A stretch of 56,300 nt of DNA, counting the filler, from Catajapyx aquilonaris (taxonomy: Eukaryota): assembly GCA_000934665.2 (NCBI GenBank). It is 4 parts of 4 records of this genome, joined end to end, with 100 filler letters (N's around TTAATTAATTAA, not from the genome) between each part and the next. Parts side by side here need not be neighbours in the genome. Positions count along the whole stretch, not along the records: positions 1 to 14,005 come from JYFJ02007914.1; 3 more parts are not named here. One strand, 5' to 3'. Under the pieces are notes generated by a model that was given only the letters and a program-made list of their open reading frames with translations, searched no databases and was not told where the DNA came from. The translations under genes and the position numbers were made by a program. Shown piece after piece: positions 1 to 14,105 of this stretch. Every line of letters starts with the position of its first letter. Positions within the stretch are counted from its first letter, which is position 1.

Positions 1-344
1 GTTTCCGGACACGGGTTCCTATGTCAAAAATACTTGTCTTGGTCCCCTCTATTATCCCTGAAAGTCTTTGCAGAGTTACAATAGACACCCTGTATATATC
101 CAGAGAATGGCACTTATGTCACCAGCTTTTAATTGGTTGTTTTATTGTTGTGATTGTTGAAAGCTGTTGTAATTGGGGCATAAATGCCATTCACTGGTGG
201 AAGCAATATTAGATGCATATTTTTGGGTTGTATCGGGGCAAATTCAGAGTAAATTTTCAATTAAATTCTGCACTTATAGGTGACCCCTCCCCCAAGATGA
301 ATAGGCCTTTCCTGTGTTACAATGGTTTTGTTATTACCTGTTAG

Positions 345-3300
345 ATCTTGGCTGACATAGAAGACTCACAGATGGCAGTCCTTCCACCTGACCTAGCTGC
401 TGAGGCGCAGAACCTTCGCCGCGAGTGGGAGGCCCGTAACCGCCAGATTATGCACGACCGCATCATGAGCCACAGCGGTAACACGCTTTCCTCCATCTTG
501 CGGAATACTAGTGAGTCCAGTCTGACCATTAGAGGGATTGTCGGGAGCTTTTCTATTGTTGGAAGTGTGACTTTTAACCGATTGACTTTCTCTGTCTTTT
601 CCCCACTTTTTTTTTTTTTTTTTTGCTTCACGTTTTTTTATCACCTGGATCCTTTCCTCTCACCTTCCTGCTGGCCTAAACAAATTCCGTCCTTCCCCTG
701 TCTTTAACTTCGGCAGTGGGTCGATTAGGAGCCAGGTATGCCATACATACAGTTCCTCAACGTGGGGGCCAGTGGACAGCATGGGCATCCAGAGGGGCTG
801 GAGCTCCAGGGACGAATGCGGGCACCTTAAGGTGAGTTGTTTTGTAGTTTTGTACATTCACGTTACTTGCAGTAAGTTTAATTTTCAAGAATTTGTAACA
901 GCTGATGTTGGGGAGGATTCCACTTTTCAGAGGAACGTGAAAAGCTTATTGTGTGGCACAATGTTGTTCCATTTTTAGGAATCTGGGGAGACGGAGTGGC
1001 GCCGCGGTAACGCGCGCGCCCACGGAAGTTAAGGTCCCGGGTTCAATCCCCACCCGGGGTTCCCACCTTCTTTCGTGCAGAGTTGGGCCATCTCTGGCTT
1101 CGTTTCGGGTGGCAATTTCCGATAGACTAAGCCACCCGGGGGAGTTCACAAAATGACCACTACTCGACAGCGCACACGCACTTTGCACATCCCCTCCTAA
1201 CAACCTTGGAGCATAATAATAAGATCCTTCTTAACACGCTCCAAAAAATAATGCCGATGGTGGTAATCCACCCCCCATATATGCGCAATAGATATGGGGT
1301 AATGCAAAAAAAAAAAAAAAAGAAAAAAAAAATAGGAATCTAGTAGAATACCTCAGTAGTACTTTCGGATGCTGCTTGCGTTAGTCCAAGTGGTGCAGCT
1401 CAGTGCAGGTCACTTGTTGAAATTGTTGAAAAATTTTTGCTAAAGGGGAGGTATTCAACAAAAACTGATTTATTGCATTTGCAAGTACTGATATGTACTG
1501 AACTGTGTCTGATAATAGTGTACCAGTTGCATGGAGGAATTTGTGGAATTATTAAATGACTCGTCTTGGTCTTATGATCGGTGTCAATGTTTCATGTAGG
1601 GGAGATGGAGCTAAGGTTGAGAAGATTGTGTGTTTACACATGCAAGCATTTCAACTAGAACTGCTTCACATTTAAAATACGAATCAGGGATGGGATCAGG
1701 TTTAGCACAGTATCTGCCTTGGGCAAAACGTTACCACCAATTTTGTTCACCCAGCCTCCTCTGCCTGGGCAACAGGTTGCGAGGTCGCCAGCTCCTGGAT
1801 CATGAAGCCCTCTCCTGTCTCCTGGTACTCCTGTTTGTGGACGAGCCCAAGTTGAACACCACCAGGTTGCATCGTGTCCTCAGAAACCTCTGCTATCATT
1901 CCCAAACCAGAGAGTGGGTCATAAAGTCCCTCCTGAGTGTCATGGAGCGCAGCAATGAGTGCCACCCTCCTGAGCACTCTTCCACTTCCTCCACACAACC
2001 CCCCTCTCTAGTGGTGACCATGACAGAGGCAACTCCACCTAGGGCCAAGAGGAGCTATAGCAGGACATCACAAGGGCCATCATCATCTCAGGCTACCCAG
2101 CAGCAACCCATGGAGGTTGTCGTGAATACCCCACTGACCAACAGGAGTGAGGTGGGGAAGGCACAGCAGCCTTCCTGGTTAAGTATCAGCATGGATGCAG
2201 CACTTGGGTGCCGAGCAAATGTGTTTTCCATTCATCGGCATCATGGAGCAGGAGGGAAGAAGAGTAGTGACAGGCAGGCCCAGTCATCAATTTCCATCCA
2301 TCCGCAGGCTGCTCCCATTGTTTGCAGGTGTGTGCTATTGAAATTGATTGCCCCCACAAACTGGGTGCAAAGTTGCAGAGGAACATTAACACTGGCATTT
2401 GTTCTTATACATGTGTTTTGTTTACAGGCATTCCTTAGACTTGCTGATAAATCTGGCCAAGACATTCCCAAGCCACTTTCTTCCAACTCGAGCTAGAGAA
2501 GTAGAGTGCAGTGGCAGTGGTGGTAAGGGTGAGAAAGACAAAGACAAGGAAGGTGAGCCACAGCAGAAGCCCGTCAGTGTCACTCCTTCAAAGACAACGT
2601 TGCAGACCTCGACAGCGTCCTCCCAACGTTCAAGGCCGGACTCCTTCTCTTCTGCCACTTCTACATCTGCGTCTTCAGCCACCACAACTGACTTCTGGGA
2701 GATGCTGCTCAAGTTGGACTCTCTGTCTGCCTCGAGGAAAGGCAAGAGTGTGGCTCGTACGCACTCAGGGAGTGCTTCAGGGCAGCTCTCAGACCAGGAA
2801 GGGGGTGTCTACAGCTTTGAGGCTTCCGCATTTGGGCAACTCCTTACTATGCTCAGCAGCCCTGTACTGCGAAGGAGCTCACTGCTTACAGATAAGCTGC
2901 TGAGGCTCCTAAGCGTCATATCTACAGTCATGCCTGATGCAAACTCACCTCAACCTGGGAAGAAACCAGGTGCTAAAGATCTGCTGGCCATTGAGGATGG
3001 TAAGAAGGATGAAGCAGCATCAGCCACCCCAGAGAAGACTACAGCCATTAACGAACAACATCTGAAGCTTGCTGTAGAAGTACTCACCTCCAAGTCATGC
3101 TCAGAGGAAGGTCTTGAAGAGGTGACAAACCTACTGCTCAATCTTTCATGTAGACCTGAGCAAACACGTGACACTATACTCAAGCTGCTGCTGGCTGGTG
3201 CGCAGGAGCTTGGGAGTGTTGTGTGCTCCCATATAGCAGCATTGATGCATGAGTTGCGTGGAATGAATGAGAAAATACGCAGGGAAAAGCCCACTGAGCA

Positions 3301-6300
3301 GGAAGACTCAGGGAGTGGTTCAGAAGCCGGCCAGGGGCAGCTGCAAGGTGACGACCGGCCCTTGAAGGGGATGCTGCAAGACCGGTTCACCAAGGATGTA
3401 GTTGTAGTGACTGCCTCCAGCAAAGGGAAGTCTGGATGCGAACTGCAGCTACCCTCGATGGCACCACTCACCAGCAAGACATCTAGCCAGGCTTTCTTTC
3501 TGCGTGTCCTGAAGGTGATAATACAGTTAAGGGATGCAACACGACTAGCAGCCAAGAAGGCCCGGAAGAAGGAGCAGGCTGAAGCAGCAGCAGCAGCGGT
3601 GGCAGCGGCTGCTACTAATAATGCAGCTGCAGCTCCTGCCAATGCAGATCAATCAGTTGCAACACCTGCACCAGCATTTTCGACTCCTATGGCAGGCCGG
3701 GAAGATAGTGCCAATGCAGCGCTTGGGGACATCACAGCTGCCAGTGCAAATGAGCAGGCGATGGACACGTCCACTAGTTCACCACCACCACCATCTGCAC
3801 CAGCGGCATCACAGCCACCACCAGCTGAAAGTGCGCCTGAAAATGCACCAATGGATGTTGATGGGGAACAGGGAACTTCAAAGAAAGAGAAGGACATTCT
3901 TCCAAGGCTGAGCAAGCAGCTAGAGCTTGAGGAACTCTGGAGTACACTTAGTCAGTGTCTACTGGAGCTGGCGGAAACACCAGATCACCATGCTGTGTTA
4001 GTGTTGCAACCAGCAGTTGAGACGTTTTTCTTGGTTCATGCATCATCAACTGAATCAAGTGATGACAAAAAGCCGACTGGTAGTGCTGCTGCAGCTCGTG
4101 ACTCCCAGGCCGAGGAATCTCCAGCATCACCTGCTGTCCTGGCCTCAACCTCAACTGAGGCCCCACCCCTGGTGTTACCACCAGACACACAAAAGTTCCT
4201 CCATTTCGCGGAAACACATCGCACCGTCCTTAACCAAATTCTTCGCCAGTCTACTTCACACTTAGCGGATGGCCCCTTTGCTGTTCTAGTGGATCATACG
4301 CGTGTTCTTGACTTTGACGTGAAGAGGCGCTACTTCCGCACGGAGCTGGAACGAATGGACGAGGGTATTCGTAGGGAAGACCTGGCAGTGCATGTTCGTC
4401 GACCCCATGTGTTTGAAGACTCGTTCCGAGAGCTTCACCGGCGAAGTGCAGAGGAGTGGAAGAACAGGTTCTACATAGTGTTTGAAGGGGAGGAGGGACA
4501 GGATGCTGGTGGGCTCCTCAGGGAGTGGTATGTCATCATCTCCAGGGAGATTTTCAACCCAATGTATGCGCTGTTTACAACGTCACCTGGGGACAGGGTC
4601 ACCTACATGATCAACTCCACGTCCCATTGCAATCCTAATCATCTCTGCTACTTCAAATTTGTTGGGAGAGTCATAGGTGAGTCCTGATTGCATTTTTAAA
4701 TCCTTTATGTACTTACTAGTAGAATGGACTGCATAATGCAGTAGAGTCACAAGCAAAAAGTAAGCTTGTCGTTACCAGTTTTGCGCTGTCAGCCATCTGG
4801 CAACGTCAGCAGCACCCATCCCATGTTGTGATGTACTTTGCATTACTATGCAGACATTTGGCTTGTGATTTTACAGGCTTTAGTAATTCCCTTGAAATAA
4901 TAGCCTTTTAAATTTTCTGTGCTTGTATCAACAGTCCAAAAAGAATTGTCCCGTCGCGTCGAGCGGGCAGCCACGCGTCAGGATGAAAGGAACCTTGAAA
5001 CTGGTTCCTTACATCCTGACACGTGGCTGCCCGCTCGACGCGACGGGACAATTCTTTTTGAACTGTTGATACTATGTTACACTAATTTACTGTTCTTTCA
5101 CACCTGGATTGTACTTTTGCATTTCCCTTTCATTTGTCTCCACAAGTGAACTAGGGTAGGGAAGTTAAAAAAGTAAGAGTCCCATATTTAAATTTTTGGA
5201 GGCGATTGTCTTATGCCTTACATGGTGTAAAAGTGAAGTGGCCTGTATAACTCATCATGCCATTGGCTGTGTTGTGGGATAGAAATTAATAACTTAATAA
5301 TTATGTTCATAATTGGCCAGCACAGTGCTGACCAACCTCACCCACTGGCACTTTCCCATTTGTCATGTTGAACCCTAGCGTTGTATTTTCATTACCATTA
5401 GGCTTATGTTTTCATACGTATTTAGTTGGTGCCTCATCGTGCATGTCATTTATCTCGATTTACAGCTAAGGCAGTGTATGACAACAAGCTGTTGGAGTGC
5501 TATTTCACTCGGTCGTTCTACAAGCACATCTTGGGCAAGTATGTGAAGTACACAGACATGGAGAGTGAGGACTACAGTTTCTACCAAGGATTGGTGTACC
5601 TGATGGAACATGATGTGAGTGAACTGGGCTATGACCTCACCTTCAGCACAGAGGTGCAGGAATTTGGAGTGACGGAAGTGCGCGACCTCATCCCCAACGG
5701 GCGCAACATCCACGTTACGAAGGAGAACAAGATGGAGTACATCCGCCTGGTCTGCCAGATGAAGATGACGGGAGCCATCCGGAAACAGCTGGATGCTTTC
5801 CTTGAGGGCTTCTACGACATCATCCCAAAGAGGCTCATCTCAATCTTCAACGAGCAAGAGCTGGAGCTTCTGATATCTGGGCTGCCCAACATCGACATTG
5901 AAGACCTGAAGTCCAACACAGAGTACCACAAATACCAACCGACCTCATTACAGGTAAACCCAAACACAATTGGCATTTTCAGTAGAGTTCACAGCTGTTT
6001 GACGTTGTGGCAGTCTTCATCAAATTCATATGCTTGTTGTTCAAAGTAGTTATTTATTACTTGCAAAATGCTAAGGATTAGGTGGAATTCAAGCGTAATG
6101 GTTACGTGGAGATTGTAAACTCTGATTGATATCTTTCAGATTCAGTGGTTCTGGCGCGCCCTGAGGTCGTTTGACCAAGCGGACAGGGCCAAATTCCTCC
6201 AGTTTGTGACAGGAACGTCGAAAGTTCCACTTCAGGGATTCGTCGCTCTGGAGGGAATGAATGGAGTTCAGAAGTTCCAAATCCACAGAGATGATAGGTC

Positions 6301-6506
6301 AACTGATAGGCTACCCTCTGCTCATACATGGTAAGCGTATGCAATGAGATTCTTGAAAACAACGCTGTTGACTAACCAATCGTCTTTTGTTCCTTCTCCG
6401 CAGCTTCAACCAGTTGGATTTACCCGCATATGAGACTTACGATAAGCTGAGGACGTACCTCCTCAAGGCGATCCACGAGTGCTCGGAGGGATTCGGGTTC
6501 GCTTAA
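345..6506 (+). CDS. HUWE1: E3 ubiquitin ligase HUWE1, 3' part of gene including the complete HECT domain. Predicted exons: 345-510, 717-831, 1776-2327, 2428-4676, 5466-5953, 6140-6330, 6404-6506 (TAA)
   Basis: GT-AG introns join in frame. Motifs include [59 protein letters not shown] and [16 protein letters not shown] (catalytic Cys codon split by the last intron), ending ECSEGFGFA*. An alternative in-frame acceptor exists at 1755. The 5' part of the gene is outside the window. Confidence 0.96.
985..1332 (+). mobile_element. tRNA-derived SINE in a HUWE1 intron
   Basis: A-box-like GTGGCGCCGCGG, B box GGTTCAATCC and A-rich tail at 1306-1332, flanked by direct repeat TAGGAATCT at 976-984 and 1333-1341 (TSD). 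Confidence 0.85.
4925..5072. repeat. Near-perfect hairpin (70-bp arms, 8-nt loop), MITE-like, in a HUWE1 intron
   Basis: 4925-4994 is the reverse complement of 5003-5072 with about 3 mismatches; loop TTGAAACT. Confidence 0.9.
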
Positions 6507-7258
6507 GATTTTTGTTGTTTGATTTTTGTTTTTTCTGAAAAACGAGGAGAAGAAGAAAAGACTGCATAACAAAAGATGAGGATTTATTAAGATACGTAAG
6601 GGAATTGCCTTTTCACCCACTCCCCCCTCCAGTGTTTTTTTCCCCTCCCTTGGCAATCAAGTATCCCATGATGAAGGGAGAATTTTTTGCTCCTTCAATA
6701 TTTTTTTTTTGTCCTATTTAATTTTTTTTTTGAAACTTGAGTTACAGAGAAGGAAGGAAAAAAGTTTATGGAAGATTGGGCAGGCCCAGATGAACATACA
6801 AATAATAAAAGAAAAGTAATGCTTGTCCGCCAATTTTGTAGGTGTTTCTCTTTGTATACTGTGTATTATAAAACCAAAAAAGAAAAAAAGGATGCTCCTT
6901 AAGCATTGATGTGTCCCGCCTGCGACCTGTGTTTTGCAACTCGTTCCTAATTGTTGTTTTTGTCGTACCCCGAGGCAGCAGGATTGTGAGTGGCCGAGGA
7001 GAAGAAAGAACATGTTTTCTTGTGACTCGGCACCCCTAATTTTTTATCGTTATTTTCGTTTTGTAACAGCGCATTAAGTGAGTGTTCGGTTCCTTTTTTT
7101 TTTTTTTCTTCTTCCAATGTAAGAATGGCTTGTTAACAAAGTTCTGATGGGTTGGCGTGGGCCCTTTTTCTTTATTTAGTGGATGAAATTGTGGACAGGA
7201 AGGAAATGTTGAATTGTCCTGTTATATAAAGATGTTACTGGCGGATGTATTGTTCTTA

Positions 7259-7264
7259 AATAAA
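7259..7264 (+). promoter_or_regulatory. Candidate polyadenylation signal for HUWE1
   Basis: AATAAA about 750 nt downstream of the HUWE1 stop, after a T-rich 3' UTR-like stretch. Other AATAAA copies occur earlier. Confidence 0.4.
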
Positions 7265-8291
7265 TTACAGGGAAGATTACCTTTTTCCTGATTCGCTGAA
7301 GATCATGAATCTGCAATGGATGTGATGAAACGGACTGCTTGGATATTTACACCTTTGCACCACGTACAGCTTTCGCCTCGGTTATACTGTGTCCCTGCGT
7401 TTCAGTCATGACGGCTGTTCATGTTGCAATTTCTCAACTGCAGTAAACCCTGGTATCATTGGAGAAGCGGAACTGGTATGGTAGGTGTCAATTGGATAAG
7501 GTTTTATTATGTCCGGCATGAAGTAACTGCAGTCCCTGCAGAGGAAAAGGGAATGTCGGTATGATAAAAGTTGTAAAAGTAAAAAAGGCTATTCAAGAAA
7601 GACAATTTGGTGAAATGTGTTTATTTCACTGTTAACGTACAGTGCTGGATGGATAAGGACTCTTGGGAGATGTGTGTACTTTGAAGTCTTGCCAGAAATG
7701 ATTAGTTTTATCTCCGCGCAGTTTAAAATTACACAGTGCCAGTAATGTATAGCAAGGCCCTGCTAATGAAACAGCAACTTATTATCACTGTCCTTGAACC
7801 TGAGTAAATCTTTGCAACCTTGGCACGTGCTCTTTATCCGCAGTGCCATAATTGTGGTGCATTGCCCTCTTTTTTTATTCCATTGCATCTTGTTTCATTG
7901 GCAGTCTTGCAGTTGACACTTAACTGCAGCAGCTTTCATAAACGTAATTTTTGCTAATTTTGATAATTGAACATGTGCATTTTGTGGTCTATCGCGAATT
8001 AATTTTGCGTACTTTGGAATCGCAGTTGGTTGTACGCAGGGTTGTACGGCTAGTAGTTCTTCACGCTGGGAGTGATTCTGTGTGTAGAGGTCTCCACTGG
8101 TCTCCAACCTGCCAATGGCGTTGATTTGTGGACACTTGACGCGCCGCCGATCCTCCCAGGTCAAAGTCTGCTGATCGAGAGAGACAAACTGGTAAGCTGC
8201 TGGCCGTCAACCGTGCACAGGACAGTCTGAGCGAAGAACACTGTAGCCTCGACCGTGCAGGAGCAAGAAAGGAGCTTGGACGTGGCGGTGA

Positions 8292-10350
<2,059 letters not shown>

Positions 10351-11051
10351 ATGATGCGACAGCTCCCTGAAAACCAAACCAGTAGTTACCTTTTCTGCAC
10401 TGCCGTACGCCAAGTGTTTGTGTTGCCCTGTTCCTCACGTTTTTTTGCTTCCCGGTGTATGCAGAGTATAACTTTGTTTTCTCGTGATGCAACCCTCCTG
10501 ATCTATGTTTTATGCTTTGCAAGGGTGGTCACTTGGAATGCGTTTTCAGTCAAGTCTCATGTGTCATGGAACGGATGTCATTTAATTTTTAGAAGCTTTT
10601 GCTTGATTGTTATACCCTTCTCTTCTTTTTTTTTGCCTCAAATGGCTTGTATCCCAAACATCTATTTGTATTCCTCTAATGGACCAGTGAATATTGATGT
10701 TTGATTTAAGCTTTGACAGTATACAGATCATGCAAATTTCCACCCACCTTCACGGTATTACTGGGTACTATTGTTGTTGTATAACAGAAAAAAGAGACCA
10801 TAATAAAAGTATGTATTGACGTATCTCCGCAGTTTTACTAACAGCTAGCTAGAGGGGAGATACGCAACTTATGCTATGACTTAACACAGTTTGTGGGAAT
10901 GAGTTGTAGCCGGCCCGCCCTTCAACACTATGTCATCGTTTCTTACATTGTTCTTTTTTGTTGACACCAAATAGTTCTGCTATAATATACTTGAGAGACC
11001 ACTCGGGGTGAGATGCGAGGCAGGCAACAATATGATCCTAGTAAGTACAAC

Positions 11052-11532
11052 CCCACCAAAAACCTTTCTGTAAAAAAAGGCCAAGTTCTCCTGACTGCTT
11101 GGCCGTAAAAAGTGGTGAGATCTGAAATACGGCCAAGTTCAACGTCGTTGTCAATTACTGGCATTCTCATCTTCTTCAACCTAAACCACTAACTTTGTTT
11201 TTCCAGGTCGACCTTAAGTTTAATCATCAAAACATTTTAATGGAGTTTCTCCTGATGTCACTTGGTCATTGCTCATGTCCGAGGTATTGTTGAATTCTAC
11301 AACTGTTTCAATGTTTTATGAGCAATGGCCAAGTGACATCAGGAGAAACTCCATTAAAATGTTTTGATGATTAAACTTAAGGTCGACCTGGAAAAACAAA
11401 GTTAGTGGTTTAGGTTGAAGAAGTTGAGAATGACAACGACGTTGAACTTGGCCGTATTTCAGATCTCACCACTTTTGACGGCCAAGCAGTCAGGAGAACT
11501 TGGCCTTTTTTTACAGAAAGGTTTTTGGTGGG
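11052..11532. mobile_element. Fold-back/MITE with 225/215-bp inverted arms and a 41-bp spacer
   Basis: 11052-11276 is the reverse complement of 11318-11532 apart from a 10-bp indel and a few substitutions. Termini are CCC...GGG; no clear TSD. Confidence 0.85.
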
Positions 11533-12261
11533 ATCTAATTTTGCAATAAGTGATTGCAACAAAAAATTCTGGAAAATGGCTTCTGCACCTGCACTACAGA
11601 AGGTTCTTTCAAAGTATTACTAAATAATTGCACAAATGGCTTCTCGGGTCTCAGGAGCTAGGGTATAATGGAAACTTGTTCATTGCGGAATTTTAGAGTC
11701 ATGTGCTATTCAGATATGTACAGGTTCCAGTACAGGCTTTGTTGTGTGAGGGCATTTCCATGGAAAACTTGAAAACAAAACGATGACGTAAGGTCAAAGT
11801 ATGGGCATATACCGCCTATACTTTTTGCTGGAATTAGTGTAATTGCTAAAATAGCAAGAATAATTATTAACATATTTGTCCGGGCAACGGTGTGTTATGT
11901 TGCCAAGTCCATAGGAAGTTGTTTATTTCATAGAGGAACAGGTGCTTTGGGGAGATTGTACGAGTCCTTAATCTGATTTGGAACCTTGAGAAATTGATTG
12001 GCCGCACAGGTTAAACTACGTTGATTGAGCTACTATGTCACTGTAGTTAGCTGCAAGCAAAAGGTAAACCCAGCAGTGTGATTGAACTTTGTAATTGTAA
12101 AATCAACATAATTTATCTTTAGAAGGAACTTTATTGTCACCTTATCACTACTTGATCACAATGTTGCAATATGATGCATGCTTTATTTCACTGTCAAAAT
12201 CACATCAAGACCTGCATTAATTCAGTAATTTGTACATTCAATATAGGTACAGCTGGAAGTA

Positions 12262-13467
12262 ATGGAAAGGGAAATAGAGAGAAAGACCAAAGCGTTGTCG
12301 GAGGTACTAGACACTTGGTTTGAGAGGATTTCAAGAGACCCATCAGAACGAGTGAAGGCTCAAGAATGTCGGCTGATGCCCATTTTGGTGAAACTAGGAG
12401 AGAAACTCCAGAAGTTGGATGATGTTTCCTCCAGGAACTGCAAGACCCAGCAGAAGGATGAACTGAGGAAGAAAGGTGAAGAGGCATCCATTGCCCATGA
12501 GAAGGAAATCACCCTCTTGAAGAAGCAGATAGAAGCCCTGGATAAGTTGAATGACCCCCGGCCGTGGGAAGACGAGGACTTTGCAGGGCTGAGCAAGATG
12601 GAGTGTCATCGAATCTTGCAGAAAGAGCTGACTCTGCATGAGAAGTATGAACTGGCTCTGGCAGCAGCGAAAGAGGCGAAAGAAGATTTCTGGATAGAGA
12701 ATGAGCGATTGGCGAGAGCACTGGACAATTGTACCAGTCTCCGTTTCCAACTGGAAATTCAGGAAAGTGTCAACAGGAAGCTGAGGAGAGAGTTACACCA
12801 CTTGCAGGAAGATAAGTCAAAATCAGCTGCTTGCACGCCAAATAATGAGGCTACAGGTCAGTGGGCAATGTTATGCTGAGTAATATAAACTGACATTTAC
12901 AGGTGTTGCTTCCATTCTGGAATATATTTCAACACGCTGTGAAAATGGTGCGAGTGCTCATGATTTATTATACATATTACAGGCCAGAAGCCATTGGATG
13001 CTAAAGATGAGTTGGAAGTGGTTGATAAAAATAACTCCTTGGATGTTATTACATGTACCGAACCAGTGGTACAGAAGATAAGGCGAAGGAACAGGAAGCC
13101 GATCATTGCAGACGCTGAAGAGATGGTGTTTGTCGTGTACTCACCCACTGAGGAGCACCAGGCTAACAAGAATAACAAGGCGTCATGTGGTACTTCTGAG
13201 CTGGGGACAAAAGTAGTGGAGACCACTTCTTCAACTCTAAGTGCTCCTTCAGCAGCGCCTAAGCCAAGGAGAAAGCCAAGATCATCACAGGCAGCTACCA
13301 AAGCCAGTTGTGCTCAGCCACAAGAAAACAGCGGGAAACCTGAACTTAACCGCAAAGTCGATGCTAGATCCAAGGGTGTCCCGGAAGATGTTGTGTTGAT
13401 GACTGATCACAATAATGCATCCGAGACAAGACGGCGGAAGCGTGGAAGAAAGAAAAATGTTGCTTGA
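12262..13467 (+). CDS. Uncharacterised coiled-coil protein of about 359 aa with a basic C-terminal tail. Exons: 12262-12856, 12983-13467
   Basis: Two ORFs joined in frame by a phase-1 GT-AG intron (12857-12982). E/K/L-rich helical N half, low-complexity C half ending RRRKRGRKKNVA*. No family recognised. Confidence 0.6.
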
Positions 13468-14005
13468 TGGCAGAGGATCATCAGACAATGAGCAGGAGGA
13501 TTCATTATATTATAATTATTCACTCCCCTTCATTGTGACGTTATCCAGAAAAAGACATGTTTGTTGTACGCTATGCAGTTGAGTGAAACATTCCAAAAAT
13601 ACATTTCCCAGTTAGGCTAAATGAACTCCTGCTGCATGACGCTTATCATAATTATGCAATATGATGCATTTGTTTTTGGACATACATGTTAAACTTTGTC
13701 ACGCCAAGAGCTAATAACTGAGAGCCTCCGAGTGCCCTATCCCTGCCGTATTGCTTGGTTCCCGAACCTCTCCGCGGAACTGGCGACTCCCCAGACGGGC
13801 TCGGCCAACTCGCGGTAGCAACATTAACACGTTAAGTATACATGGGGAAATGGCCGAGTACGTCATCAGCATGTACGAGTCCTGAGGCATTCCCCCCTCC
13901 TTTGAGGAAGGTCCAGCCCATTTGGCCAGTGGCCAATCAGAGACCAGTTTCTTCAGAGGCCCAGAATCGGACACATGGGCTCCTCTTCAGAAGGTCCGTG
14001 GGGGG

Positions 14006-14105
14006 NNNNNNNNNNNNNNNNNNNNNNNNNNNNNNNNNNNNNNNNNNNNTTAATTAATTAANNNNNNNNNNNNNNNNNNNNNNNNNNNNNNNNNNNNNNN
14101 NNNNN
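14006..14105. other. Assembly linker (44 N + TTAATTAATTAA + 44 N)
   Basis: Seen directly; the central 12-mer gives stop codons in all six frames. Confidence 0.98.

Noticed and set aside
985..1070. tRNA-like sequence
   Set aside because: Continues into a SINE body with poly(A) tail and TSD; not a tRNA gene.
2950..3642. 230-aa minus-strand ORF
   Set aside because: Antisense shadow of the large HUWE1 exon; no independent support.
13697..14005. Possible LTR start (TGTCACG) and GC-rich sequence before the gap
   Set aside because: No second LTR, PBS or coding sequence is visible; truncated by the linker.
14050..14061. Palindromic TTAATTAATTAA repeated three times in the window
   Set aside because: Assembly artefact inside N runs, not biological.
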